Origin: Rebecca billardiae RCC1528
Taxonomy: Eukaryota > Protista > Haptophyta
NCBI GenBank assembly: GCA_965240325.2
Contig: OZ251224.1
Location: 3,162,001-3,226,000 of the forward strand
Length of the DNA stretch: 64,000 nt
Reading direction: 5' to 3'
The translations under genes were made by a program, and so were the position numbers. Each line of letters begins with the position of its first letter. Positions within the stretch are counted from its first letter, which is position 1. Shown here piece after piece: positions 41,871 to 52,636 of this stretch. Below the pieces are notes generated by a model. It saw nothing but the letters and a program-made list of their open reading frames with translations. It ran no database searches and was not told where the DNA came from.

Positions 41871-43810
41871 ATGGCCGCCGCCGAGCGCGACGCGCTGCGC
41901 GCCGAGCTCGGCGCGCTCCGATCGTCGGCCGAGGGCGGCGCGGCCGAGCTCGCGACCGAGCGCGCGCGCGCGCGCGACCTCGAGGTGGAGTTCCGCACGT
42001 ACAAGGAGCACTGCGGCACGTCGAGCGTGGAGCAGATGAACGCGCTCGTGCGGCTGCAGCGCGAGTGCGAGGCGCTCAACGCGCGCTTCGAGGAGACCCG
42101 CGGCCAGCTCGGGCAGCGCGAGGACCTCACCAAGTGTCTGGAGGCGCAGGCGTCGGAGCGCGCCGCGTACGTCGCCGAGCTCGAGGGGAAGCTGCACGAG
42201 GCGGAGGAGACGCGGCGCAAGCTGCACAACACGGTGCAGGAGCTGAAGGGGAACATCCGCGTCTTCTGCCGCGTGCGCCCCTCCAAGGACGCGCCCGCCG
42301 CGCCCGACGCCGCCGCGCCGCCGTCGTGCCTCGACCTCAAGCCGGATGGCGCGTCCGTGCACATTGCGACCGTCTCGGCCGGCGAGAAGAGCGCGCGCGA
42401 GGCGTCGCACCAGTTCGGCTTCGACAAGGTGTTCGCGCCGCAGACGTCGCAGGCGGACGTGTTCGACGAGGTGTCCGCGCTCGTCCAGTCCGCGCTCGAC
42501 GGGTACAAGGTGTGCATCTTCGCGTACGGCCAGACGGGCAGCGGCAAGACGTACACCATGCAGGGCACGGCGGACGAGGCGGGCGTCGGGATCGTGCCGC
42601 GCTCGCTCAAGCAGATCTTCCACGCGACGCGCGCGGCGGAGGAGAAGGGGTGGACGTACGCGCTGCACGCGTCGTTCATCGAGGTGTACAACGAGAACGT
42701 CAAGGACCTGCTCGCCGCGCCCGGCGCCGCCGCGCCCAACCACACCATCAAGCACGACGAGGCGTTCGGCACGGTCGTCACGGACGTGACGCGCGTCGAG
42801 GTGACGAGCGCGGAGCAAGTCGACGAGCTCGCGCGCGCGGCGGCGCGGCAGCGCTCGGTGGGGTGCACGGACATGAACTCGGTCTCGTCGCGCTCGCACG
42901 CGATCTTTATGCTCTACCTCACCGGTGCGCGCGCCGCCCGCGCAACCCGCCCGCCGCTGGCCGCTGCAGCCCGCTGCGCTCCGGCCGCGCCGCGCGCGCG
43001 CGCCGCGCGCCGCCACCGCTCACCCGCGCGCGCCGCGCGCCCCGCCGGCTGATCACCTGCGCCGCGCGCCGCAGGCACGAACGCCTCCGTCGGGCACACG
43101 CTGCACGGCGCTTTGCACCTCGTCGACCTCGCGGGCTCGGAGCGGCTCTCGCGCTCGCACGCCGAGGGGAAGACCCTCAAGGAGACGATGGCGATCAACA
43201 AGTCGCTGAGCGCGCTGTCGGATGTCTTCACGTCCATCACCAACCGCGCGGGCCACGTGCCTTTCCGCAACTCCAAGCTGACGTACCTGATGGCGCCGTG
43301 CCTCTCGGGCGACGGCAAGACGCTGATGGTCGTGAACGTGGCGCCCGAGGTGCGCGCGCCGCCAAGCCCCCACGCACGCCCTCCGCCGACGCCGAACGCG
43401 CTCGCGCCCGGTCGGCGCCCTGAGGCTGAGAGCGTGCGCCCGCGCCGCCGTGCCCGCGCCGCGCCCCGCTCGCTTCGTCTCTCCTCGCGCAGGTGGACAA
43501 CAGCATGGAGAGCCTCAGCTCGTTGAGATTCGCCAGCCAGGTGAATGCGTGCGAGATCGGCCGGCCAAAGCGCTCGGTGCGCGCGGCCGGCGACGGCTCG
43601 GCCGGCGCGGAGCGACCCGAGTCGCGCCCGTCGCTCGCGAGCTCGTCGCGTGTCTCGACGACGAGCAGCGCGGCCGGAGGCGGCTCCAAGCAGCCCGCCT
43701 CGCGGCCGACGAGCGGCAACGGCGCTGGCGCTGGCACGAAGCGACCGGCCGGCGCGGTGAGCGGCGCGCCCGGCGGTGGTCCGATGAGGCGGCCAGCGAC
43801 TGCGCGGTGA
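41871..43810 (+). CDS. Chimeric N-truncated kinesin-14 (RRM-gene ATG + short coil + neck + motor); introns 42925-43074 and 43350-43492
   Basis: ATG GC from the RRM start is joined in frame to ..[11 protein letters not shown]; motor motifs intact. Confidence 0.75.
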
Positions 43811-44564
43811 GTCTCATACTCATCATGCTCAACGTGGGTCGAGCCGACGGTGCTTGCTGCATGTGGACGAATCGGTGGTGCCAGCGCAGCGGCGGCCCGC
43901 CGACAGTCGGTCGTCTGCTCCTACGGATTCTGCTGCCTTCGGGGCGCCACGCGCGCCTGGCGCGATCGCCGACTCGGCCGAGTGAGCCGAGTCACCGCGA
44001 CGGCGACTACTGGTAGTGGTGATGGTCCGCACGTAGTACGTGTCACAGCCATCTGACCGACTGACGGCCCAGACGGGCCTGATGGCTACTGATAACTGAA
44101 GCCTACCGTGATCACTTGAACTTACTCACTAACTCAGTTGAACGACACCAGTCGCCAGTCGGCAGTCGCTGCTGTCGACCTGTGTCCTGTCGTTTATTAT
44201 ATAATTATAATATATTCGGCGGCGGATTTACTCATTCTTACTTCTCGAACTTACTGCATCATGAATAATCTGCTGATGACGACTGCTCGGCTGCTAGATA
44301 GCAGGACGATGTAGTCGAGTGTAGTAGTTGGGCGGGCCACCCGCCAGTCCCGCCACCGGCCGTCACCGACTCCGAGGCGCCACTGTGCCGCCGGCGCCGT
44401 CAATCGTCATCAGCATCGCGCCACTCGGCCACTACTCCAGGCCACGAAGGAGGTGGGCACGTGAGGGACGCGGATGCGAGCATCGCGACGACCAGCCCCG
44501 GCGTGATGCGCGTGCCGCACCCTATGCGCGACAAACAACGTGCTCGATCGTGCGCTGGCACAGC

Positions 44565-45968
44565 TCAGCGCCGACGGCCGTCGATGGTGGGCTGGCGCGA
44601 GGTCGGCGCGAGCGGGGCGCGCCGCCCCGCGAGCGCGCTGCTGCCGTGAGCATCGCTCGCAGGCGCCTTCGGCGCCGGACGCCCGGTGTGGTCGCCGTGA
44701 GGCGCGTTCTCCTTTCCACCTGTGGGCGAGAGCCTTGGCGCTGGCATCCGCACGCTGAGCGTGCGCGGCGTCGCTGCGCCAGACGAGGCGGCGGGCGCGG
44801 GCATGGGCAGAGCGCTCGCGCGAGTCGATGCGGCGCTGGCCGCCGACAGCCGGCGCGGCGCCGACGCTGGGCGTTGGCTGGGCACCTTTGCTGCGGTGCT
44901 CGGGGCCGAGGTGGTTCGCGGCGACTGACGGGACATGCCCGTCGCGGTCGCGGGCTGCGCCCGCCGCGACGGTGCGTGCCGCTGGCCCTTGTCGCCGTAG
45001 CGGCGACCACCGCTCGGCGCGCGCGCCGTCACCGACGACGTGCGCGCGGGCTTTGGGGCGGTCACGCCGGCCGCCGGGTTGTGGAGCAAGTAGCCGTGCA
45101 GCTCGGCCTCGCGCACCGTCTGCCGCGCGAACTTGCGCTTCAGCGTCTCGTACTTGGAGCTCACCTCCTGCAGCCGGCGCAGCGCCTGGCTCGCGTCGTG
45201 CGGCGGCGCCTCCTGCGCGGCGGCGGGCGAGCGCGAGCGCGGCGACGCCGCCGGGCTGGCGGCAGAGGATGCGGCGGCGGCCGCGCTCAGCCTGGGGCGC
45301 GGCTCGCGGCCGTCCACACCGGCACGTAGCAGCGCCGCAACCTGCTCGCGGAGCGCATCCACGTTATCGCGCACGTCGAGCAGCTCGTGCTCGAGTCGGT
45401 CCATCCGCTCGCGATTGTCGGCGAGCTGCCTCTCGACCGGCGCGGCTTCGGCGCGCTCGCTGTCGCGGGTCGAGGCTGGAGCCGGCGGGCTGCGCGCCAG
45501 GCGGGCGGACGGGGGATCCGCGTCTAGCCTCGCCGAGCTCGAGCCGCCACCCCTCGATCGGCGCGCGCTGCCGTGCCGCCGGGGCGGCGGCTCGTCGGCG
45601 AGCTCAGCGAGGCTCGAGCTCTTGTTCTCCTCACTCGGCGCCGAGGTGGTCACTTGCGCCTGGAGGAGCTCGAGCTGCTCGGTGTGCTTCACGCTCTCGT
45701 CCCGACGCACCGCCTCGAAGTCGCGCAGCCGCTGCTCCAGCGACTGCACCTCGGTCTGCGCGTGCGAGCGGTACGCCTCGATCTGCGCCTCCTGCTCGCG
45801 CGCCTTCTCCTGCAGCTGCAGCTGCTCGGCGCGGGCGCGCTCGAGCTCGGAGCGCAGCGTGCTGCGCGACGAGCGCTCCGCGGTGGCGGCGTCCACGCCC
45901 GACGTCTTGAGCAGCGAGTCGAAGTACTTGTCCTCCTGCTGCTTGAGCTCGTCGAGCAGCGTCTCCAT
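44565..45968 (-). CDS. Hypothetical coiled-coil protein (copy 2, identical)
   Basis: Translation identical to 40256-41659. Confidence 0.7.
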   Translation of the reverse strand: METLLDELKQQEDKYFDSLLKTSGVDAATAERSSRSTLRSELERARAEQLQLQEKAREQEAQIEAYRSHAQTEVQSLEQRLRDFEAVRRDESVKHTEQLELLQAQVTTSAPSEENKSSSLAELADEPPPRRHGSARRSRGGGSSSARLDADPPSARLARSPPAPASTRDSERAEAAPVERQLADNRERMDRLEHELLDVRDNVDALREQVAALLRAGVDGREPRPRLSAAAAASSAASPAASPRSRSPAAAQEAPPHDASQALRRLQEVSSKYETLKRKFARQTVREAELHGYLLHNPAAGVTAPKPARTSSVTARAPSGGRRYGDKGQRHAPSRRAQPATATGMSRQSPRTTSAPSTAAKVPSQRPASAPRRLSAASAASTRASALPMPAPAASSGAATPRTLSVRMPAPRLSPTGGKENAPHGDHTGRPAPKAPASDAHGSSALAGRRAPLAPTSRQPTIDGRRR

Positions 45969-46179
45969 GGCCTCGGTGCACGATTTGAGCTTCGAGCTGG
46001 CGCCCAATCGCCCCAACCGTCCGCCGGGCGGCGACCTGGTCCGGGCACGGGCCCAGGCCGCCGGACTGCACCTGCACGGGCCGGCAACTCGTCAGGAGCC
46101 CAGATCAGCAGGGCGGCGGGCGGCCAAGCCGCGCTGACGCATCCGCGCTGCGCACGGCCGCGCGCGCTGCCCCGGCGCG

Positions 46180-46956
46180 ATGGCGGATCGTGCCAACTTC
46201 AAGTGCTTCCTGGGCAACCTGAGCCACTCAGCCGAGGAGGATGCCATCACAAAAGCGCTCGAGCACATCCCGTCCTTTGCGGGCGCCAAGATCATGTACG
46301 ACAAGTTTGACGGCAAGCCGCGAGGCTTCGGGTGGGCCTTCTTCAACGACACGCAAGGCGTGAAGGCGGCGCAGGCGCTGAGCAACCGCATCCTCATCCA
46401 TGGGCGCGCGCTCACCATCCAGCCGCCGAACGACCACAATGGCGGCGCCGAGGAGGATGGCGGGCCGCCCAAGAAGAAGCGCAAGCCGCACAAGCCCGTC
46501 ACGGGCGCGATCGAGATCGCCCACGCGCACCTCGCCGACATTGACAAGTCCGCGTACCAGGCGGCCATGGCCAACCAGAAGCGCCAACGCTCGCTCCAAG
46601 AGGCCAGCGCTGCTCTCCACCCGCCCGAGAGCTGGACGCATCCGATGCCCGCAGCCGACGGGCCGCGGGGCAAGGCGAGCGCGCCGAGCGCGCCGGTGCT
46701 GCCCGTGCAGCTCACCGTGCGGGCGAAGGGGGGCGCGGGCGCGCCGTCGAAGCCTGCTGCCACAGCGCTGCCGCCCGCGCCCAGGGAAGGCGCAGAAGCG
46801 GCGGCTGCGGGCCAAGCTGCGCGTGATGGCACCTCGGAGCGCGTCCGCGCAAAGGCACCTGCCGCGGCCGCGCCGTCGAGCAATGCGATCGCGTTGCTCC
46901 AGGCGTACGGGGAGAGCGATGATGACGGCGGGGACTCGGAGGACGACAATCACTAA
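46180..46956 (+). CDS. RRM-domain RNA-binding protein with NLS
   Basis: RNP2 CFLGNL, RNP1 RGFGWAFF, PPKKKRK. Confidence 0.85.
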   Translation: MADRANFKCFLGNLSHSAEEDAITKALEHIPSFAGAKIMYDKFDGKPRGFGWAFFNDTQGVKAAQALSNRILIHGRALTIQPPNDHNGGAEEDGGPPKKKRKPHKPVTGAIEIAHAHLADIDKSAYQAAMANQKRQRSLQEASAALHPPESWTHPMPAADGPRGKASAPSAPVLPVQLTVRAKGGAGAPSKPAATALPPAPREGAEAAAAGQAARDGTSERVRAKAPAAAAPSSNAIALLQAYGESDDDGGDSEDDNH

Positions 46957-47095
46957 AAGTCGGCATCATATAGTAATCTGATGTGGGTCGGCCTTGACCA
47001 GCAGCTGCCGCATGTCACCTAGTCGTGTCCGCCCTGTATTATTTTTAAAATAATTAATATATATATAATTAATATGATACGTAATGCATATATAT

Positions 47096-49419
47096 GACCG
47101 CGTTCCGCGGTCTTTTTCCGTAGAACGAACGTAGTTCGGGGCCCGCGGCGCACCCTCCGTCGGCTGCTGTGTCAGTCTGACATGTGTAACAGTTCGCCTG
47201 AGCTGCCACCGCCAACTCAGTCACTGCCGCCCACCGGGCCGGCGGGCCGAGGACTGTCGCCGCGGGTCCGCGGGCCGCCGCGGGGACTAGCGGCCGGCGC
47301 GCGCGCGCAGGCAGGACGAGAGGCGCTGGCGCGGCGCGAGCCGGCGCGTGCGCGCGAGCGGGCGCACCTGCTTGAGGTACTCGCCCTGCGCCATGCGCTC
47401 GACGACGGGCCGCTGGTCGCTCGTGCCGGCAGAGCGAGAGCGCGCGCCACTGCTGGCCCCGGCCTGCCGGCTGCGCAGCCTCGCACCGAGACCGACCGAG
47501 CGGAGCTCGGGGCGGTGGAACGAGGCGAGCGGCGCGTCGCGCCTGCCGCCGCGCGTGCGCGCCTGCTCCACCGCGCCGCCGTGCTCGCCCGCCGCCTCCT
47601 CCGCCGCGTCGGCCTCGAAGACGGCGGCTGCCAGCGGCAGGCTGAGCCGCGCGCCGGCTCACTCACACTGTGAGTCACACCCGCGGTCGCCTCGACGGCC
47701 AACTATCCACAGCTGCTCGAGCTGCTGGAGGGCGCCGCGACGATGGCGGCGCGGGCGCCCAGCGCGTCCGTTGCCGCGTCGCTCAGCTCGTCGAGCTCGG
47801 CGCCGCACTTCGCCAGCTTGGCGCCTAGCGCCTCCGCGTGTCACGTGCTCGTGCACGTCAGCCTGCTGATACGCCGCCGCCCATCGGCACTTCTGGCATC
47901 TGCGCGCGCAGCTGCTGCAGCTCGACGGCGGAGTCGTCGCGGCTGGCGGCGAGGGTGCGCACCGCGTCGATTGCCGAGGCCTGCAGCCCGGTGATCGCCG
48001 CGTCGACGCGCGCGGCGATTTCCCCACGCAGCTCCTCGCGCCACGTGGCCGCCGCTCGCGTGGCAGGCAGCTGGGCACCGCTGCGCGACCCGGAACCGGC
48101 GCGCGTTTCACTGATGCTCCTGCTCGTCCTCACGCTGCTGCACCTCCGCGCCGCCGTCGACCGAGTTGAGGAGGAGCTCGCGCTCGGCGTCGAGGCGCGA
48201 GCTCGCGTGCTCGAGCTCGCCCTTCAGCCGCGCGAGCTCCGGGCGCATCCGGCTCATCAGCTCTGCCGCGCCCGCTCGCTCGCAGCGGCGCGCTCTGCTC
48301 CGGGCGGCGAGCGACGAGCTCGCGTGCTCCGGACTCGGCTCGCCCTTGCGCGCTGCTCCTCGAGTGACGAACGCCTGCGGGGCACGAACGAAAGTCGGTG
48401 ATCAACCGCGCAGCGCCACCGCTGCCGAGTGCGCCCTCCGCCGCCAGCACCTTGCGGACCTGGCCAAGGAGCTGCTTGATCGCTTTTGTTGACACGCCGT
48501 ACTCGCTCGCGGCGCCGGGGATGGTCTGCTTGTGCCTGGCGACGGAGATGGCGGCAGCGGTGCTCTGGAACGTGGTGTTGTTCACCCGCGTCACCGTCCT
48601 CGAGTCGAGCAGCGCGTTCAATACGCGGCGAACGTAGTCCTGGTCGGCGTCGCCGGTCGAGGTGCTGCTTGCCATCGCCCCCCACCCACGTGCGATCGGG
48701 CCCACCTCTGTTGTTTTGCGTCGGTGACGGGGCCGCGACGACTTGACGCGAGCATCTTCAATAATCTATGATCATCTCAGGGTTACTACGTGAAGCGGTA
48801 GAATAGAATTTCATTTACGAGCATTGATACGACGCGGTGCAACGTGAAGCGGTTTTTTTAAGATACGACGCGGTCTAATGACCCATTGAATCGGGCCATT
48901 GTTCATACATGTACATGAATGGGTCGTCATAAACGGCGGGCGGCTCATTTATGACCAGACCGGGCCCTGGGTGATTGATGATCAGAACCCGCAAAAGCTA
49001 GCGGCAGTCCAGCACACAAGTAATGAATTAATAACAAGCGCAGTCCAGCACACAAGTAATGAACGAATGGCCCGCGGTGCCGGCTGGCTATCTAGATACG
49101 TCGTCATCGCTCCTTGATGACCTTGCGGCAATCTCATTGGCTGGAAAAAATCGCTTGTAACGGTTCGTTACGTTATGGATCCTAAAGGGCGTGAAGTTTT
49201 TTGGACGGGCGTCACTCCAATATGAACTTGCCGTGGGCGCGACCTTTTTCGGCCGTGATGCATGTTATTAGAGAGGGTCTCAAAATTCGAAACTCGGTCT
49301 CCTCCAGCCCTGAAAATCGTCCCCCGTCCCTTTTTTCTTGATCAAAGATCTTTTTGAAACGTTGTTCGGGCCCGCTGGTGCGGGCTCCACGCTGCGCGCT
49401 CCGCCCTGCACCGCGGGCC
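47096..49419. mobile_element. Asymmetric hairpin-ended element, copy E3 (2324 bp)
   Basis: Left hairpin end after TATAT; right end 49091-49419 matches 21885-22213. Confidence 0.75.
47290..48675 (-). pseudogene. Fragmented HTH + coiled-coil gene inside E3
   Basis: KQTIPGAASEYGVSTKAIKQLL resembles a psq/transposase-type HTH; coiled-coil pieces in several frames with stops. Confidence 0.45.
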
Positions 49420-49420
49420 A

Positions 49421-50608
49421 TTAACGACGTGCATTGCTGGCGACGACATTGGATGCCGGATCCGAGGGACGGAGGGACGAGACAAGCTCTCGCCAGAGCT
49501 CCGGGGACTCGGTCCCCAGCGCAATGACTTCGGCGTTCGCGAGCACGGCAGAAGGATCCTTGCGTGCCAACTCGAAGAGAGCATCCTTGAGGGGTTTCAT
49601 TGCATCGTGGGCGGAGGCTAAGACGAGGAGGGTCTTGAACATCGCTGGCGACACTGTCTCCGCACCCAGCTCGAAGCAGTGCACGGCAAGGTCGGGCAGC
49701 AAGAAGTTGGACGCGGCGATGAGCACGTGTGTCGAGTACTCGCCGAGATCATCGGCGCTCGGCAGCGAGCTGAGGTACACATGGTCCAGGACGTGCTGCA
49801 TGGCGTGCGAGTTCGTCGGCAGAGGTACCGGGACGCTGGCTGGCGGAAGGGGCTTCGGCAAGAAGAGCTCGGCGAAGTAGGGCGACTTGGCAGCGCATAT
49901 CGCCTTGTGCGCTGGCAACTCGACCTTGTCCGTGCACTGGAAAAGGACATCTGCAAGGCGCGAATCGGTCCGCAGCGCGCGCAGCGTGTCCAGCTTGTCG
50001 ACGCACAGAGCTTTGCCAGGCCCGCAGTCCACCCGACGCTTCTTGTTCTTCACGTCCTCGTCGTTGACAGCCCTTGCACGGCGGACACGATCGGCCTCGA
50101 GCATCAACTCCACCTTGTCGGCCGCGTCGTAATTGTGCCGTCCCACGTGATGGCGCAGGTGACACGCCAGTTCGTAGGCATCCATCGGCGCCAGGTTGAC
50201 GAGGCCCCCCATCAGGTCGACCTGGATGGGAGCCTTCTGCGTCGTGTGCGCGCCGTTCGCAAGAAGCGACTCGATGATCTCCAAAGGATTCTTCACCGCC
50301 TGCGCGCTTGCGTCATCAGTGCCGACGTCGAGAGTCATGGCCTTGAATGCCGCGAACACGGCGATGTTCATTGGCGTAGTGCTATACGTACGCGCCGCCT
50401 CAACGACTGCGTTGCGCACACGCCCATACGAGTCGTACTGATGCTTCGTGGACGCAACGCATCTCAGTCCTGCGATGCCGTCCATCGTCGGCGGGATTTG
50501 GAGCAGGCCGTTGGGATCCGCGCCGTTCTTCAGCAGCGCGGAGACCTTTGCAGAGTCCGTTTCGACGATCGCGAAGAGGAACCCGCGGGACAAATCGACC
50601 GGAAGCAT
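49421..50608 (-). CDS. Ankyrin-like + BTB/POZ protein, paralogue 1
   Basis: VSALLKNGADPN, IIESLLANGA; KNKKRR; ADVLFQC...LPAHKAICAAKSPYF...VLDHVY. Confidence 0.85.
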   Translation of the reverse strand: MLPVDLSRGFLFAIVETDSAKVSALLKNGADPNGLLQIPPTMDGIAGLRCVASTKHQYDSYGRVRNAVVEAARTYSTTPMNIAVFAAFKAMTLDVGTDDASAQAVKNPLEIIESLLANGAHTTQKAPIQVDLMGGLVNLAPMDAYELACHLRHHVGRHNYDAADKVELMLEADRVRRARAVNDEDVKNKKRRVDCGPGKALCVDKLDTLRALRTDSRLADVLFQCTDKVELPAHKAICAAKSPYFAELFLPKPLPPASVPVPLPTNSHAMQHVLDHVYLSSLPSADDLGEYSTHVLIAASNFLLPDLAVHCFELGAETVSPAMFKTLLVLASAHDAMKPLKDALFELARKDPSAVLANAEVIALGTESPELWRELVSSLRPSDPASNVVASNARR

Positions 50609-52636
50609 CGTCGGCGAGTTCAGACGCGTGCGGTGCGTGGGAGAGCGGTGGGAGAGGCGAGCCGCGCGTCGGTGGCAAGCCGGTGTGCGCGATCAGTGGC
50701 CGCCAGCTTGGCGAGCGAGCGCTGATCAAAAGGCCGACCGCCGTTCTCCACCGGATCCGGTGCTCTTACAGGGGGGGCCAGATGAAGTTTCCCATACACT
50801 TCGGAAGGGAAGCCATGGCGGGCGTGAATGCCCGTCCCACTACGATCCAAGGCGCGTGTGGCACGTCCGGGACCGGGGGGCATGCCACACGCCGGTCGGC
50901 GTCGCCGTACGAGCGCGTGCGCGTGAGTGACAGCTTCCCTTCCGACTTTTCGACCACTCTCACGTCCACGTCCACGACCCCGTACGACCGGCGCGCCGGT
51001 GAGGTTGCGCATGAGAAGGATGGGCAGGTAGCGGCCAGGATCACCGTTCTGACGGTCATACTGCCCCCTGGGGCATGCATTGCGACGGTGCATGCCTGGT
51101 AATGGTCCATCTGACCCTACAAGCCGTGGATCTGACGAGCAAGGTTGGCTGCGCGGTAGTCGTGCGACCGCCGTCCAACACGGCTGCCGTGGCGAATACG
51201 TTTGGCGTGTGCGCGCCTGTCAACGGCAGGGTGATCAACGACCGGCATGGCTAGCAAGCTGATCAGGACTAGTAACAACCTTGTCGGGGACCATGCCACG
51301 CCATTTGGCGACCTCGCCACCGCTCAATGCCCGTCCAGAGGCACGGACGTGCCGCACTACCTGGCCAGCCACCGCCAAAGTGGGGCCCACCATCTGGACC
51401 CCCCTGTACTGGAATCAACGCCATCAACGCGTGCAGGCTCCCGGACAATGCCGGCCCACGCCCGACGGCTAGTAGTGGTATGCGCGTACCCCCATAACTA
51501 TACGGCTGCCCAGCAGCCTTGCCGACGACTCAGCGCCATCAGCGGCGACGGTGCGGGTGCCACTGGGAGTGACTCCGCCCTTGTATATCAGAATCAGTGC
51601 GCATTGGCATCAGTGCCCAGTTCTTCACAAGACATGAAGCAGCGGTGATGACATGGCTCACTGATGGCACTCAGTCGCTGACAGGATAGATATTAGATGA
51701 CAGCATCACTAGAATGCGTCCGCACGCGTTCGGCCCACGGCTATAATTCTACGACTTTATACGTGTACGGCTGCTGCGGCTTGAGGCCGGTTCTACTGCC
51801 ACCTCGGAGTCGGATGCTGACAGTAATATGCAAGTGACATTGATGAACTCATGACCTATGACAGGCAATCGCGGGCAATACTAAGGAGCTGTCACGTTAA
51901 GAAAAGTCTGGGGCTTGCTATCTGCGGATCTGGCCTAGAAACTGAGACTAGCGATTGGCTGGTTCGCTATACGCATAGTCACACTAAGAAACCGGGACTA
52001 CGTCGTCGCGGCTGACGAGTGGTCCACCGAGGCGCAGTGCCCGTGGGACGCGGCGCGCGGCCCGACCACGAGTACAGGCCAAGTCCCGACTTCTCCTGAT
52101 GACTGACTTCTGGCCAGTGCACCGCAGCATCCATGCAACATCATGATGCCAGATTTGCTGCTCAAAAATGGCCCAATTGTTTTCTTCGGCCTCGCCGGCC
52201 GGGCCTAAAGACTCAGCGGGGGGCTCAGCCCCCCTGCGCCGCGCGGCGGGCGGACCTAGCTAAGAAACTGAGACTCCGTAGGCGCTCGGGCTATCGAACG
52301 GCTAAGAAACCGAGACTAGCCGTGAGATCTCTTACTTCTTATTGCCCGCCATTGCCTGTACTCACTGTCAGTCACTGCCTACTGTCCCGCGACTCATGAT
52401 GATGATGCCGGCCCGCGCCCATGGTGGTCGTTAAATTATGCATGCGACTACATCATCAGGCTTTTGAAGCCAGCTAGAGTACCTAGGAGGCCGAATCCAA
52501 GGGACGGAGATATGAGACGAGCTCTGCCTGAAGCTCCTGGTACTTGGGCGCAAGTGCGGGGACTTACGGAGCACGGGGCAGGCCGTCCCTCCTGCGTGCA
52601 ATCTCAGCAAAAGTCAAAAGAGCTGAACGGTGCTCA

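Larger units (their letters stand above)
37565..46184. repeat. Near-perfect tandem duplication (37565-41875 and 41876-46184)
   Basis: ORF track recurs identically at offset 4309; the only difference noticed is (GC)9 versus (GC)8; GC microhomology at the junction. Confidence 0.97.

Noticed and set aside
49066-49422. Independent MITE with 15-bp TIRs
   Set aside because: The same right-end block at 21885-22213 and 25930-26098 lacks that left IR and pairs instead with the hairpin end; kept only as a sub-feature of E3
50766-51650. Coding-like fragments between the BTB paralogues
   Set aside because: No family recognised; frames short and inconsistent
51924-52322. CRISPR-like array
   Set aside because: Only four short degenerate motifs with irregular spacing, in a eukaryotic context with no cas genes
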